Source: a candidate division WOR-3 bacterium
GTDB taxonomy: Bacteria; Hydrothermota; Tepidihabitantia; Tepidihabitantales; Tepidihabitantaceae
Direction: 5' to 3'
Assembly: GCA_965649205.1 (NCBI GenBank)
Contig: CBFGJV010000009.1
Location: 28,131 to 92,130, forward strand
DNA length: 64,000 nucleotides
Position 1 is the first letter of the stretch. The number at the start of each line of letters is the position of its first letter. This document shows, in pieces, positions 11,201-20,426 of this stretch. A program made the translations under genes and the position numbers. A model generated the notes under the pieces. That model made no database searches. It was not told the origin of the DNA and saw nothing but the letters and a program-made list of their open reading frames with translations.

Positions 11201-13757
11201 TCCAGTAGTACTTCTGTCCCGGCAAAGCCGTATAGGTGTACTCCGGCACCGACACGTCTGCCACCGAATCCGGCTGGTCCGGATTTGTGCCAAAGAAAAC
11301 AGTCCAACTGTTAGCTCCTGCGCCACCAGACCAGACAAGAGTACCACTGACAGGAACGCCCGTAGTATCATCTGGCGGGTAGAGCTGAACCGGAGCGCCC
11401 AGCCTTACATAGAAATCGCGTACCTCATTGCTCGCAGTGCGTTGACCATAGTCATCCTTGGCGGCTACGGTCCAGTAGTAGCGTCCGCCTGGAACCAAAC
11501 CGGTGTACTGATAGGTGTTGTTCGTCACCGGCTCAATCGGAACTGACTCGGGCATGCTGTTCGTGCCCAGAAACACCGACCACTTGGTTGCTCCGCCACC
11601 TGCAGACCACAAAAGATTCCCCTCTGCAGGCACATTCTTTTCTCCTGCAGTCGGCAGAAGAAGATTCGGTGCGGCCAGCGCCACCCGGAAACTCCAGGTA
11701 TCAGAAGAAGTCACACCTGTGCTGTTCTTCGCCAGAACAAACCAGTGGTAAAGCGCACCGTAGGTCAGTCCGGCATAGGAAAACGGCGAACCGGACACAT
11801 TCCCCTGATAAAGTGATGGCGGGTAGTCCGTTCCCAAATAGACCCGAAAACTGTCAGCATTCGCTCCCCCGGTCCACGCCAGAGTTCCGGCTGGTGGGAT
11901 GTTCCTGCTCCCATTGGCGGGAGAAAGAAGTGTCACTGCGCCAGGGGCAGAAACGTATTCATCCGCCCCGATGTCCGGCCCCTCTGGCGGATTACCGGTC
12001 TTACGCAAATGGCCGTCAATGTCTCTGGTAATGTCGGGCGCCAGCGAAACTCCCTTGCCGATACATAAGGACCCGGCCGCAAGATGCAGGTCCGGCACTC
12101 CCACAATGCCCGGGTCAACCGAAATGCTCGCACCATCATTGCCTGTCTGTTGCCAGTCGGTCAGCGTACGATAATCCGTGGTATTTATGCGCCCTACGTA
12201 GCCGGAAGGACAATACAGGTCATTGTGGTTGGACTCAACAAAAGAAGAACTGCTCTGCAGGTTATAGCAATAGGAAGAACCGGTTCCCTTGTTCCAGATT
12301 ATATTGTTCTTGGCAGTAACATTTACTCCTTCGTAACAGAATATACCGTAACGGTAGTTACTGCTGGATGAGCCGACCAGAGTGTTATAATACAGCCCCG
12401 GATTCTCCTGGTAACGCACAGATATGGCTGTATCTGTAAAACCATACACAAAGTTGTTATAGATCTGATTCCGCTTTCCCCTTCCGGCTCCGGTATAGCT
12501 GAGCATCTGTATCCCGCAAGCGCCGGTTGTCATCAGTCTGTTTCCGATTACCGACACATCGTCGCAATAGTAGTAAACCCTGATGCCGGCGGTCGAATTC
12601 CCGTTCACCGTACACCCTTCAATCCGACAAGTGTCAGCATTCCTGAGGTATATTCCCGCGCCGCCGCCGGTCATCGTCACTTCACAATTCTCCACTACAG
12701 CGCGGACGACGTTGTTATCCAAATATACCCCGCCATTTGTAGAACTGCTGCTAATCTTGCAGTTTCTTACGCGGCTGCCAGCTCCAGTGCGCTGTTCCAG
12801 AAATACACCGCCAGACGTGCCGCCAGTAACCGTAACCTCTTCCACTGTAACATTCTTTGCTCTGCATTGCACACCGTAGGTGGAATTACCGGCAACTGTC
12901 CCCCGCCAGACCAGCCCATTATCCGCCCCGGCGGCAAAGTAAATACCGGCCGACCCGCCAGTCATAGTCACCGCCGTAGATTCAATTACGATACCCGCGG
13001 GCAACACATTTATGCCGTAACCAGTGGAAGAATTAATGACGCATCCACGAATTACGCAAGCTGTAGCGCTGCTGCTCGTTCCTATGCCCCCACTTCCACC
13101 TGTGCAGGAAACGATTGTGCTCTCCACTATGACGTCCGCGGCTCCTATGTGGAGTGAATAGTTGGACGTACCGCTTACATTGCAACCCCGCACCCGAGCG
13201 CCAGATGAGTTGTTGTAAATGTAAATCCCCTGATTTCCTCCGGTTTTCGTCACATACGTGCTTACCAGCTCAATGTTACGTGAATTGTTCAGTTCTATGC
13301 CATTAGAAGGCTGACCGGATACGGTACCAAAGATGGAGCACTGCCTGACTGTGCCGCCGTTGCAGTTCTCAAACAGAACGCCGTCAGCTGTCGCCTTGCC
13401 AATGCGCAAACCCTCAAGTATCACATTGTGCGTACCGCTTATTTTGAAGCCCTGCTGGGCATCACTGGCATCAATAAAAACAATCTCTCCAGGCTTGGGT
13501 CGGAAGGTTATAGAATAGGACCCTGAATTTGCGACATTGGTCAGGGTTACCTGACCGGTATACGTAGTTCCTCCTACCGCCTCAAATACGCAGGGACCAG
13601 ATACGCCGTACAGATTCAGCGAATCTGCGGCTTCCCTAAAAGACCTGAACTTCTGGGCGTTGGGGTCAATGGTGTAGGTGCCCGCGTATTGAGCGATAGC
13701 CATTCCTGCCGCTAGCCCTGAAGCGATTAACCAAAAGAAAAGACGGTTGTGACGCAT
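8262..13757 (-). CDS. 1831-aa secreted multidomain protein: right-handed beta-helix repeats, FN3/Ig-like repeats, CARDB-like domains, kelch-like propeller, T9SS-type C-terminal tail
   Basis: Signal peptide MRHNRLFFWLIASGLAAGMAIA. GIxl..s....i..n repeats, P.L..P...YyW.V.A repeats, KGNKTxxF repeats, and a tail VMPNP...IFDALGR...LSAGVYVIR...QKLAIKK. Confidence 0.85.
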   Translation of the reverse strand: MRHNRLFFWLIASGLAAGMAIAQYAGTYTIDPNAQKFRSFREAADSLNLYGVSGPCVFEAVGGTTYTGQVTLTNVANSGSYSITFRPKPGEIVFIDASDAQQGFKISGTHNVILEGLRIGKATADGVLFENCNGGTVRQCSIFGTVSGQPSNGIELNNSRNIELVSTYVTKTGGNQGIYIYNNSSGARVRGCNVSGTSNYSLHIGAADVIVESTIVSCTGGSGGIGTSSSATACVIRGCVINSSTGYGINVLPAGIVIESTAVTMTGGSAGIYFAAGADNGLVWRGTVAGNSTYGVQCRAKNVTVEEVTVTGGTSGGVFLEQRTGAGSRVRNCKISSSSTNGGVYLDNNVVRAVVENCEVTMTGGGAGIYLRNADTCRIEGCTVNGNSTAGIRVYYYCDDVSVIGNRLMTTGACGIQMLSYTGAGRGKRNQIYNNFVYGFTDTAISVRYQENPGLYYNTLVGSSSSNYRYGIFCYEGVNVTAKNNIIWNKGTGSSYCYNLQSSSSFVESNHNDLYCPSGYVGRINTTDYRTLTDWQQTGNDGASISVDPGIVGVPDLHLAAGSLCIGKGVSLAPDITRDIDGHLRKTGNPPEGPDIGADEYVSAPGAVTLLSPANGSRNIPPAGTLAWTGGANADSFRVYLGTDYPPSLYQGNVSGSPFSYAGLTYGALYHWFVLAKNSTGVTSSDTWSFRVALAAPNLLLPTAGEKNVPAEGNLLWSAGGGATKWSVFLGTNSMPESVPIEPVTNNTYQYTGLVPGGRYYWTVAAKDDYGQRTASNEVRDFYVRLGAPVQLYPPDDTTGVPVSGTLVWSGGAGANSWTVFFGTNPDQPDSVADVSVPEYTYTALPGQKYYWTVAAKDKDVPGQRTLAAKVYSFTTLAKPGGFSLSYPSDGAKGVPLAVIMQWQRAERAESYDVYLDTKNPPEFKTTASAESYSPPELLPNTDYYWKIVARNAAGETENTGGIQTFRTVLTEAPVLQTPPDGDTVKAPQQRRPEFFWSALGPPVSGYDIQLDDNDDFQTPEYIVTGIGTNRWIPQEPGLEEGRWYWRVRGDNGAPGPWCDSFFSVFVDLTPPGRPVLVRPIGGVKVNTLRPLLEWEGTDDTRRFRLTVRSVGQVVLERDIEQPENTRRTSYQLEPTEELEDGRTYIWTVEAFDYAGNTAGPADEGEFQVELDKYDAGVTAILYPAGEVATNTPVHPRVVVANFGNRAIQPYVRVTITGPTNEGWSVSEQVDKVIPVGGEPLTYEFAASWTASLLGDYVVRCSTELAGDGRNDNDSLIRSFRVVSASLVHDVGVKAIVEPAARVVLGQAQFPMLVVGNYGEVAEPEVPVRVTIAGPNDEIVYDETTTVSLSVGEEKGILFGRGWIPDEPGLYNLVAQTQLATDTRPENDRKLRTCNVVEQLWPEGWDDVSPMPDLPTRTRLPKDGAWLVAGPDKDRSGTVIYAAKGNKTSDFYKYYPERDSWVILSPIPELEPALGKLKPVSKGSCAVSDGREYLFMVKGGGTQGFWRYRVEEGKWETLPRVPQKIKGGNDLVYVEKGGKEYIYLLAGVKTAFYRYDVDLRQWTTLESAPYGNYRKKYARGSFLVYDRSRFIYAHQAAEIGGNGYHYMFRYDVARDSWNPSPLKGMPVWGIEDGKEKRKKSKDGAGGVWCDGHIYAVKGGGSQSFFRYSPNGDSWSILDTIPRTGSGGKKTVKAGGSLVNWKDRALFLLKGNKTHEFWRYVEPKYKPAGSLAPVSGVQAQAQTRTVVIRVMPNPLVDGFATLRVSGLKNYAVQGATLRIFDALGRCVLVRELVFVDWEAGTLLDLRHLSAGVYVIRLDTGNLHLAQKLAIKK

Positions 13758-13802
13758 AAAAATCCTTTCAGAGACGGTCTACTCCCGAACACTACTGGCG
13801 AG

Positions 13803-13830
13803 ATTATCTGCCAGCAAGGTAACGAGTCAA
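13803..13830 (-). promoter_or_regulatory. Sigma70-like promoter TTGACT-16-GATAAT
   Basis: Read on the minus strand upstream of the ATG at 13757. Confidence 0.55.
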
Positions 13831-13916
13831 GACCCAAACAAAAAAGCGACATCGGCATCACTGCCCCATTCCCTCCCTACCTCCGCTGCAGAACCCCACA
13901 CAGTCACACTTTTCGG

Positions 13917-13944
13917 TTGACAACCGCCATCTTCTCTTTAGAGT
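13917..13944 (+). promoter_or_regulatory. Sigma70-like promoter TTGACA-16-TAGAGT
   Basis: Perfect -35 box upstream of zupT. Confidence 0.55.
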
Positions 13945-13982
13945 CAAACAGCTTCTTGATGTAATCGTAAGGCAAATCTCAA

Positions 13983-14819
13983 ATGCGCGCCAACTTCTGG
14001 TTTGCTTTGGCCCTGTCAGCTGTAGCCGCCCTGGGCACAGCCGGGGGCTCCCTAGCTGGTATGCTGGTACGCCGACCTGGTCCCCGGTTCCTTGCTCTCA
14101 GCCTGGGGTTTTCGGCCGGGGTTATGATGTTCGTCTCCTTTGCCGAACTTCTCTCCACTAGTATTCAGGACATCGGCTTCCTGCCCGCAACAGGAGCATT
14201 CTTTGCCGGCATGCTGGTTATGTTCCTGCTAGATGCAGTAGTGCCCCATCAGTTCGTAACAGAGGGAACTTTTTCCTCCGGCCATACTGCAGATGCCTGC
14301 CCGGACTTACAGAATATCCATCCCGGCCGGCACCGGTACCGAGGTGGACGAAAACTGGACGAACCTGCCTCCCTGTATCGTATGGGTATGCTGGTAGCGC
14401 TGGGTATCGCACTCCACAACCTACCTGAAGGAATGGCCACTTTTGCCGGAGCTATCAAGAATCGCGGCTTGGGCATTGCCATCGCCGCGGCCATTGCCCT
14501 ACATAACATCCCGGAAGGTATCGCTGTAGCCGTCCCTGTGTACTGTGCCACCGGTTCGCGGCGCAAGGCTTTCGGCTGGTCTTTTCTCGCCGGAGCAGCC
14601 GAACTGGCCGGAGCTGTAATCGCCGCGGCGGTTTTCCTGCCCTTTTTGACCACAACCTTTCTGGCTCTCACCCTATCCGCCGTGGCCGGTCTTATGGTAT
14701 TCATCTCTCTTGACGAATTGATACCCGGCTCCTATGCATATGGCTACGAACACCTAAGCGTCCTTGGTGTAATCTCTGGTATGGTGCTTATGGCCGCAAG
14801 CATTCTCTTACTGAGCTGA
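13983..14819 (+). CDS. zupT: ZIP-family zinc/divalent metal transporter
   Basis: LGFSAGVM and two HNxPEG motifs (LHNLPEG, LHNIPEG); multiple TM segments. Confidence 0.9.
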   Translation: MRANFWFALALSAVAALGTAGGSLAGMLVRRPGPRFLALSLGFSAGVMMFVSFAELLSTSIQDIGFLPATGAFFAGMLVMFLLDAVVPHQFVTEGTFSSGHTADACPDLQNIHPGRHRYRGGRKLDEPASLYRMGMLVALGIALHNLPEGMATFAGAIKNRGLGIAIAAAIALHNIPEGIAVAVPVYCATGSRRKAFGWSFLAGAAELAGAVIAAAVFLPFLTTTFLALTLSAVAGLMVFISLDELIPGSYAYGYEHLSVLGVISGMVLMAASILLLS

Positions 14820-14830
14820 GAAGGAAGGAA

Positions 14831-15628
14831 TTGAAGAACAGGCTCTCTCTCTTAATCCCGCTGTCCGCCCTTGTCTTTCTGGCGACAGGGGGCGGAACAA
14901 CTACCACCCGGGTCACAGCTGTGCACGACGGAGACACCTTCGAAACCAAAGAAGGCTGGCAGGTACGGATGCTGGGCATTGACGCACCTGAACTGTACCA
15001 GCCGGGAGGAGATATAGCCCGCGATATTCTCGGCGCGTATCTTCTGAACAAGACGGTAAAGTTGGAACCTGACCGGGAAGACGAAGACAGATATGGAAGA
15101 CTGCTCCGTTACGTTTATGTAGGCGACACCCTTGTAAATGCGGAGATGGTCAGAAAAGGCTATGCCGCTTTTCAACCGTTTCAGGAAAGTCTTAAACTGG
15201 CAGACACGCTGGCAAAACTGGAAGAGACTGCCGCCCGTATCGGAAAAGGACTCTGGGCATTCAACGTCTTTACTCCCCGGTCGTTGAAATTGCTAAAGGA
15301 AAAACTGAAATCAAGCGGGACTGACTCTACTAACCTGCTCGTAATCCCTTACACCAAAGCTGACAGCTTTATCGGCCGGCTGGTAGCCGTAGAAGGAGTA
15401 GTAGTCAACACTTATCGTTCAAAGAAAATACTGATTCTCAACTTTCATCAGGACTACAAGCGGCACTTCAGTGCGGTGATATTTGCCACCGACCTGCCTC
15501 GATTTCCTCCCCACCCGGAAGACTTCTACAAAAAACGTCGCCTGCGCGTCACTGGCATTATTAAAGAATACAAAGGCGCACCCCAGATAGTGGTCAAGGA
15601 CCCGGAGCAAATTCAAATACTGGAATAA
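14831..15628 (+). CDS. Secreted thermonuclease (SNase) family protein with a C-terminal OB-fold-like domain
   Basis: VHDGDT, RMLGIDAPE, DRYGRLLRYV, VNAEMVRKGYA; N-terminal signal or anchor. Confidence 0.88.
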   Translation: MKNRLSLLIPLSALVFLATGGGTTTTRVTAVHDGDTFETKEGWQVRMLGIDAPELYQPGGDIARDILGAYLLNKTVKLEPDREDEDRYGRLLRYVYVGDTLVNAEMVRKGYAAFQPFQESLKLADTLAKLEETAARIGKGLWAFNVFTPRSLKLLKEKLKSSGTDSTNLLVIPYTKADSFIGRLVAVEGVVVNTYRSKKILILNFHQDYKRHFSAVIFATDLPRFPPHPEDFYKKRRLRVTGIIKEYKGAPQIVVKDPEQIQILE

Positions 15629-15692
15629 GCAGTATTTCAGCCTAAAGATATGCCTATCTTAAGTATTCCTCCCGCACCAGCAGGAGTATTCC

Positions 15693-16979
15693 ATGTCTAG
15701 CGAGCCAACCGTACACGGTTCCCGCAGCCAGAAATCGAAACAGAAAGGCATCATCCTGGTGCCACTTCTCATCATATGTGTTGTTATTCTCACAATAGCG
15801 TTTTTCCGAATTAGAAACCGCAAGCCCAGACCAATCTGCGGTCCGGAACTGCCCAATCCGGATTCTGTATGCTGGGCCGGACTGGCACTCGGCAAAAACG
15901 ATGTTCTAGCTACAGCTCTCAATCGCTGGGGATTATCCCGCGAGTTCTACAACAAAGTAGAGGCGGCGCTGGCCCGCACAGACTTCAACTTCCGCAATAT
16001 AAAAGAAGGAGACTCTGTTTCTCTTGAATACCGCGGCCTGCACCTGGCCAGTCTGACATATCATAAGAACTTGGTGACCGGATACAGAGTGACGATAGAT
16101 TCTTCAGGACAGCTAACCGCCGAAAAGGTGGAGCGGCCGGTGGACACAGTAAGAACTGTGGTGCGCGGCAGCATAACCGGTTCGCTCTGGAACACGCTGA
16201 TAGGAATGGGAGAAAAGCCGGCACTGGTGGTCAACTTCGCAGAAATTCTCAGCTATGAGGTAGACTTCCTGACTGAAGTACACGACGGAGATTCCTTTGA
16301 GATACTGGTCGACAAGTACTACGTTGATTCCATCTTCTACCGGGATGGTCTCATCCGAGCTGCACACTACAATGGCAAGGCAGGAAATTACTACGGGTTT
16401 CATTATCGCCTTCCCAACGGTCACTGGGACTACTATAACGAAAAAGGCCAGTCCCTGCGAAAAACTGTTCTTCGCTCCCCCCTGCAGTACGCCAAAGTCA
16501 CTTCCTGTTTCGGAAACCGTTTCCATCCTATATTCCGGGTATATCGGCAGCACGCAGGAGTTGACTATGCCGCTCCTACCGGCACTCCAGTATCGGCAAT
16601 TGCCGATGGCACTGTAACTATGGCCCACTGGCACGGCGGGTACGGACATCTAGTTGAAATCAAACATGCGGGCGGTCTTTCTTCGCGCTACGGACATCTG
16701 TCGCGCTACGGAACCGGTATAAAATCTGGTCGCCGGGTAAGACAGGGACAGACTATAGGCTATGTCGGCACCACTGGTATATCTACCGGCCCCCACCTGC
16801 ACTTTGAAATCCGTCAGAATGGCAAACCGGTAAACCCTCTGAAAGTAATTCCTCCCCGGGCAGAGCCGGTGCCTCCCAGATATATGGACGACTTCAACCG
16901 GGTGAAAAATGAATATCTCGCTGCACTCAAACAGGCTGCTGGTCCGCTTGTGGCGGTAGCCGCCGACTCCAGTCCCTGA
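15693..16979 (+). CDS. M23 family peptidoglycan DD-metalloendopeptidase
   Basis: HAGVDYAAP, YGHL, STGPHLHFE; N-terminal TM anchor. Confidence 0.92.
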   Translation: MSSEPTVHGSRSQKSKQKGIILVPLLIICVVILTIAFFRIRNRKPRPICGPELPNPDSVCWAGLALGKNDVLATALNRWGLSREFYNKVEAALARTDFNFRNIKEGDSVSLEYRGLHLASLTYHKNLVTGYRVTIDSSGQLTAEKVERPVDTVRTVVRGSITGSLWNTLIGMGEKPALVVNFAEILSYEVDFLTEVHDGDSFEILVDKYYVDSIFYRDGLIRAAHYNGKAGNYYGFHYRLPNGHWDYYNEKGQSLRKTVLRSPLQYAKVTSCFGNRFHPIFRVYRQHAGVDYAAPTGTPVSAIADGTVTMAHWHGGYGHLVEIKHAGGLSSRYGHLSRYGTGIKSGRRVRQGQTIGYVGTTGISTGPHLHFEIRQNGKPVNPLKVIPPRAEPVPPRYMDDFNRVKNEYLAALKQAAGPLVAVAADSSP

Positions 16980-17024
16980 GCGTCTGTCAGATACTGTCAG
17001 GGAAGCACACCTGTCTGCCCAAGA

Positions 17025-17059
17025 ACGGAAACCACCAGTATCACTGTGGTAGTTTCCGT
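17025..17059. terminator. Hairpin between convergent genes (probable terminator)
   Basis: ACGGAAAC...GTTTCCGT outer stem with an inner CAGT/ACTG stem. Confidence 0.5.
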
Positions 17060-17076
17060 CCCGCAAACCTTTTCCC

Positions 17077-19137
17077 TCAAATCTCCAATTCTAACTCACC
17101 GTAAAAAGTCCGTCCCGGAACCAGATAGTCTTTCATGACCTGGTATTGACGGTCAAAAAGATTCCTCACCCCAAATCGGAGAGCGACCCGCACCAGCCCC
17201 ATACGAGGACTGACCGTCCCCCCCAGGTCCAGCAACAGAAAACCGGGCAGCGAGTCGGTGTTCGCCGCATTCGTATAGCGCCGACCTGTGTAGCGGACTC
17301 CCCCCAACAGCCGAACCGGGCCCCATCCCGCCCAACCGTGTAGACCCAGACTCAACCGCGGCCGGTAAAGCAGGTCTTTTCCAGCCGAACGAGCCAACAT
17401 ATAGGTACCCGTAGCTCTAGCCCCCCCGTAACGAAATTCTGTCTCCACCTCTGCCTCTACCCCCTTTATCGTAGCAGTATCCAGGTTAACAGGCATATAA
17501 ACAAAGTTAGAATCTGGTTGCCATTGAATAAGGTCTGTCATATGCGAATACCAGCTACCCAGGCGGCAAGTTAGTATGGGTGCCAGCCGGACTGTGGATG
17601 TAAAGTCAATGCTTGTAGCCCACTCTGGTCGAAGTTCCGGGTTGCCTTTTGTCCACTGATCTGCCGGCCAATACATCTCATTGAAAGTAGGTTGTCGGAA
17701 GGACCGACCCAAAGAAGCATGCAGGTCCAACCAGGAAACAGGCGAACTAGCAAGTGAAAGCTTGGGACTTAAAACCAGGTGGCCGCTCCGAGCCAGAACC
17801 GTATCCCGCCCTTGTCCAGCGCTGGACAGGTCAAGTCTGGCCATAGGTCTTACTTCCAGCCAACCGACACCGAAGCTGGCCTCCAACCAACCGGCGCCTG
17901 TCAGTAGATACGGACTGCCTATGGCTGTACTGGCAAGGGCGTTGTGAATCAAATCCACCCCTCCCGCAATCACCAGCGGCTGGGAAATATGCACTACCTG
18001 CTTTCCTGATATGCCTGATACTGTGGTACGATGTGTGTCGTTACTCCAAGAAAAACTATCTGGATTCCAGTAGTGCCTCCCCAGACGGTGATGGAACAAC
18101 TTGGTCTCCCACCAGGCCTTATCTGACATTCGCAATCTATGACTGAGATGAAGTACAGTACGAGAATCATTCAGTCGAGCACTATCCGAAGGCCAGGAAA
18201 CAGGACCAGGAACGCCCCGGCGTGACACATTGTACTCTGCAAGAAGAGAAAAATCCCGCAGAAAACTGACCCGCGCCAGGATACCGGAGTTTGCCAGGTC
18301 GGAATTTACTCGTTCCCTTACCACTCCTCCTGTGTCCTGATAAGCAAAACGCGGTCCAGACCGGACCAAATTTCCCGCCAAGACATAGCCGAAACGGCTC
18401 CAACGGTTGGTGTGCAGAAACTGTGTATACCACCGTCCTAAAGAACCGACACCGGCAAGAATGCGTGCGGACAACGTATCTGCTTCAGGCGGAATAATAT
18501 TGATCAGCCCACCAATGCTGTTGGCTCCGTACAAAGCCGAGCCCGCACCACGCACCACTTCCACGCGGCGTGCCAGCACCAGCGGCAAACTAGCAAACTC
18601 AACCAGATTGTCCTGCGCCAGATTCAATGGTACCCCATCAAAAAGAACCAAAGTCTGCTCCGCACTTGCCCCTCGCAGACTCACCGTGGCAAGGTTCGCA
18701 TAGTCCCTGACCAGAGTTGAGGGAACAAAAGACAGAACCTCGGCAACGCTGGTGCGCCCCCGGGGAAGCAGTTCACCGCCTTCAATAACCGTGACCGGCC
18801 CTGAAAGGGATTGACGCACCGGAAGGCGATAAGCACTCACGGTAATACCCTCAAGACTTATCACTTCCGGCAAAAGATATACAGCTGTTTCTTTGCCGGC
18901 AACCAGCCGGACCTGTTGAGGAGCATAACCGACGCGGGAAACTGTAACGATGATCGTATCTCCTTCCGGTGGCAGGTTGAAACGGCCCGCGCTGTCGGCG
19001 TACACTAAGCGGCCGCGAGAAAACTCTATTACTGCATGGGAAACTGGCTGGCGGGTGTATAGGTCAAAAACCACACCAGAAAAAGAAAACCCCAGCTCCG
19101 TAAGCAGGGACAGAAACACGGGTATGAAGCTTTTCAT
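17077..19137 (-). CDS. btuB: TonB-dependent outer membrane receptor, probably the cobalamin transporter
   Basis: Plug motifs SLRGA, LVLFDGVP, RVEVVRGAGSALYG..IGGLINI; GNPELRPE; GVRNLFD...PGRTFY C-terminus; directly downstream of a cobalamin riboswitch. Confidence 0.85.
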   Translation of the reverse strand: MKSFIPVFLSLLTELGFSFSGVVFDLYTRQPVSHAVIEFSRGRLVYADSAGRFNLPPEGDTIIVTVSRVGYAPQQVRLVAGKETAVYLLPEVISLEGITVSAYRLPVRQSLSGPVTVIEGGELLPRGRTSVAEVLSFVPSTLVRDYANLATVSLRGASAEQTLVLFDGVPLNLAQDNLVEFASLPLVLARRVEVVRGAGSALYGANSIGGLINIIPPEADTLSARILAGVGSLGRWYTQFLHTNRWSRFGYVLAGNLVRSGPRFAYQDTGGVVRERVNSDLANSGILARVSFLRDFSLLAEYNVSRRGVPGPVSWPSDSARLNDSRTVLHLSHRLRMSDKAWWETKLFHHRLGRHYWNPDSFSWSNDTHRTTVSGISGKQVVHISQPLVIAGGVDLIHNALASTAIGSPYLLTGAGWLEASFGVGWLEVRPMARLDLSSAGQGRDTVLARSGHLVLSPKLSLASSPVSWLDLHASLGRSFRQPTFNEMYWPADQWTKGNPELRPEWATSIDFTSTVRLAPILTCRLGSWYSHMTDLIQWQPDSNFVYMPVNLDTATIKGVEAEVETEFRYGGARATGTYMLARSAGKDLLYRPRLSLGLHGWAGWGPVRLLGGVRYTGRRYTNAANTDSLPGFLLLDLGGTVSPRMGLVRVALRFGVRNLFDRQYQVMKDYLVPGRTFYGELELEI

Positions 19138-19179
19138 CAGATTCTCCTTTCATCGCAGGTTGAATCTTCCATTTGTTCC

Positions 19180-19370
19180 GGGGCGGAAAGGTCTCCTGGC
19201 TTGCGCAATTGCCTGCCGCCTTCCCGGCTTATGCCAGTGGCCAAACAGAAAGGCGCTCAGGAAATCGAACTGCCGCAATTCCTGGCGCCCGCGCTCACAG
19301 TGGGCGTGACCGCAGCCGATTCTCACGGCTTTCCCTGGACCGGTGTCTACCGGTCACCGCTCTTAGGCGG
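19180..19370 (-). ncRNA. Cobalamin (AdoCbl) riboswitch
   Basis: Minus strand reads GGTGA...AGGGAAAGCCGTGAGAATCGGC...GCCCACTGTGA...GCCACTGG...CCGGGAAGGC...AAGCCAGGAGACCT (B12 box), upstream of the receptor. Ends are approximate. Confidence 0.93.
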
Positions 19371-19391
19371 TCTTCCTGCCCCTTCGGGTCC

Positions 19392-19419
19392 AATATACCA
19401 AGCCCGCAGCACCGGTCAA
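19392..19419 (-). promoter_or_regulatory. Promoter of the riboswitch-btuB transcript, TTGACC-16-TATATT with extended -10 TG
   Basis: Immediately 5' of the riboswitch. Confidence 0.65.
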
Positions 19420-19426
19420 GTAGCAT

Positions 19427-19455
19427 TTGACACAGGATAAGTTACGCAGGATAAT
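19427..19455 (+). promoter_or_regulatory. Sigma70-like promoter TTGACA-17-GATAAT
   Basis: Divergent from the btuB promoter. Confidence 0.6.
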
Positions 19456-19458
19456 CCG

Positions 19459-19603
19459 GACACGGAACCATTGCCAAGCGCAGAATCAAGACAGCTAGTT
19501 ATCGACAGTGTCAGACACTACACCTTGCGGGACGCACCGGGCAACTTCCCTACTCCATTTGTTCTGCCTAGCTGTCACGCGTATCCGCCAGCAGCCCCGT
19601 GTC
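19459..19603 (+). ncRNA. Candidate structured RNA (leader or sRNA), family unassigned
   Basis: Nested long-range stems GACACGG/CCGTGTC and GACAGCTAG/CTAGCTGTC beginning at the predicted TSS. Confidence 0.3.
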
Positions 19604-19623
19604 AGCATGATTGTTAAAGAACT

Positions 19624-20310
19624 GTGACAAAGCTTGCCAGCACATTTTCTCTTCTCTGTATAATTGCCTGGGCATTGCCTTACCACATTAACCAACCGAT
19701 ACCTACTTCACTTGCTCACGGCGAATACTGCTTAAACGGAAGATTCTGGGGGGAAGGTGGAATACTGTTCCACGCCGGTGTCGGTCTATTCGACCGACTC
19801 ACTCTCGGCATTTCCTATGGCGGCAACAGACTTCTCGGCACGCAGGAACCAGAGCTCTACCCCTGGCCGGCAGTGTTAGCCAAAGGAGTCATTTTGATGG
19901 AACACGGCTATTTCCCCGACCTGGCCATAGGTTTTGAAAGCCAGGGGTACGGGCGGGTCATAAACAAAGAATACGAAGTATACCCCAGAGGCGCGTACCT
20001 GTGCTTGGGAAAAACTCTTTCGCCGACCAACACCTATGTACAACTCACCGGCAACTACTGGCGCAGATGCAGTGGTTCTCTCGCCATCAACCAAAGCCTG
20101 TTGAACGGTCTGGAAGCAATCCTGGAATATGACTTGGCACTGACCGACCGTCGGCCGGAACTGAACCGTCGAGGGTATCTGAACTTTGCCCTGGGTTGGA
20201 CTTTCGCCGAGAAGTTGCGGCTTACCGCCAGCCTGCTTGACCTGCTGGGCAACCGGGCAGAAACCCGATTCAGTCGCATACTGGACCTTTCCTTCCGCAG
20301 TCACTTCTAA
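19624..20310 (+). CDS. Secreted, probably outer-membrane beta-strand-rich protein (YjbH-like)
   Basis: Signal peptide, amphipathic beta strands, terminal Phe. Family assignment is tentative. Confidence 0.6.
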   Translation: MTKLASTFSLLCIIAWALPYHINQPIPTSLAHGEYCLNGRFWGEGGILFHAGVGLFDRLTLGISYGGNRLLGTQEPELYPWPAVLAKGVILMEHGYFPDLAIGFESQGYGRVINKEYEVYPRGAYLCLGKTLSPTNTYVQLTGNYWRRCSGSLAINQSLLNGLEAILEYDLALTDRRPELNRRGYLNFALGWTFAEKLRLTASLLDLLGNRAETRFSRILDLSFRSHF

Positions 20311-20367
20311 CTTGGTCTTCTTATGCTGCATCCGGGTTTAATCAATACCCGCAAATACTACACAGCA

Positions 20368-20395
20368 TTGACAGTCAAACGCTATCCGATAGGCT
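20368..20395 (+). promoter_or_regulatory. Sigma70-like promoter TTGACA-16-TAGGCT
   Basis: Upstream of the AGGAG-led gene at 20427. Confidence 0.55.
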
Positions 20396-20426
20396 AGACC
20401 TGACACGGGTAACTATAGGAGAAGCA

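Noticed and set aside
13938..13982. Possible metal-regulator operator upstream of zupT
   Set aside because: No convincing palindrome; resemblance to DtxR, Zur or Fur boxes is too weak.
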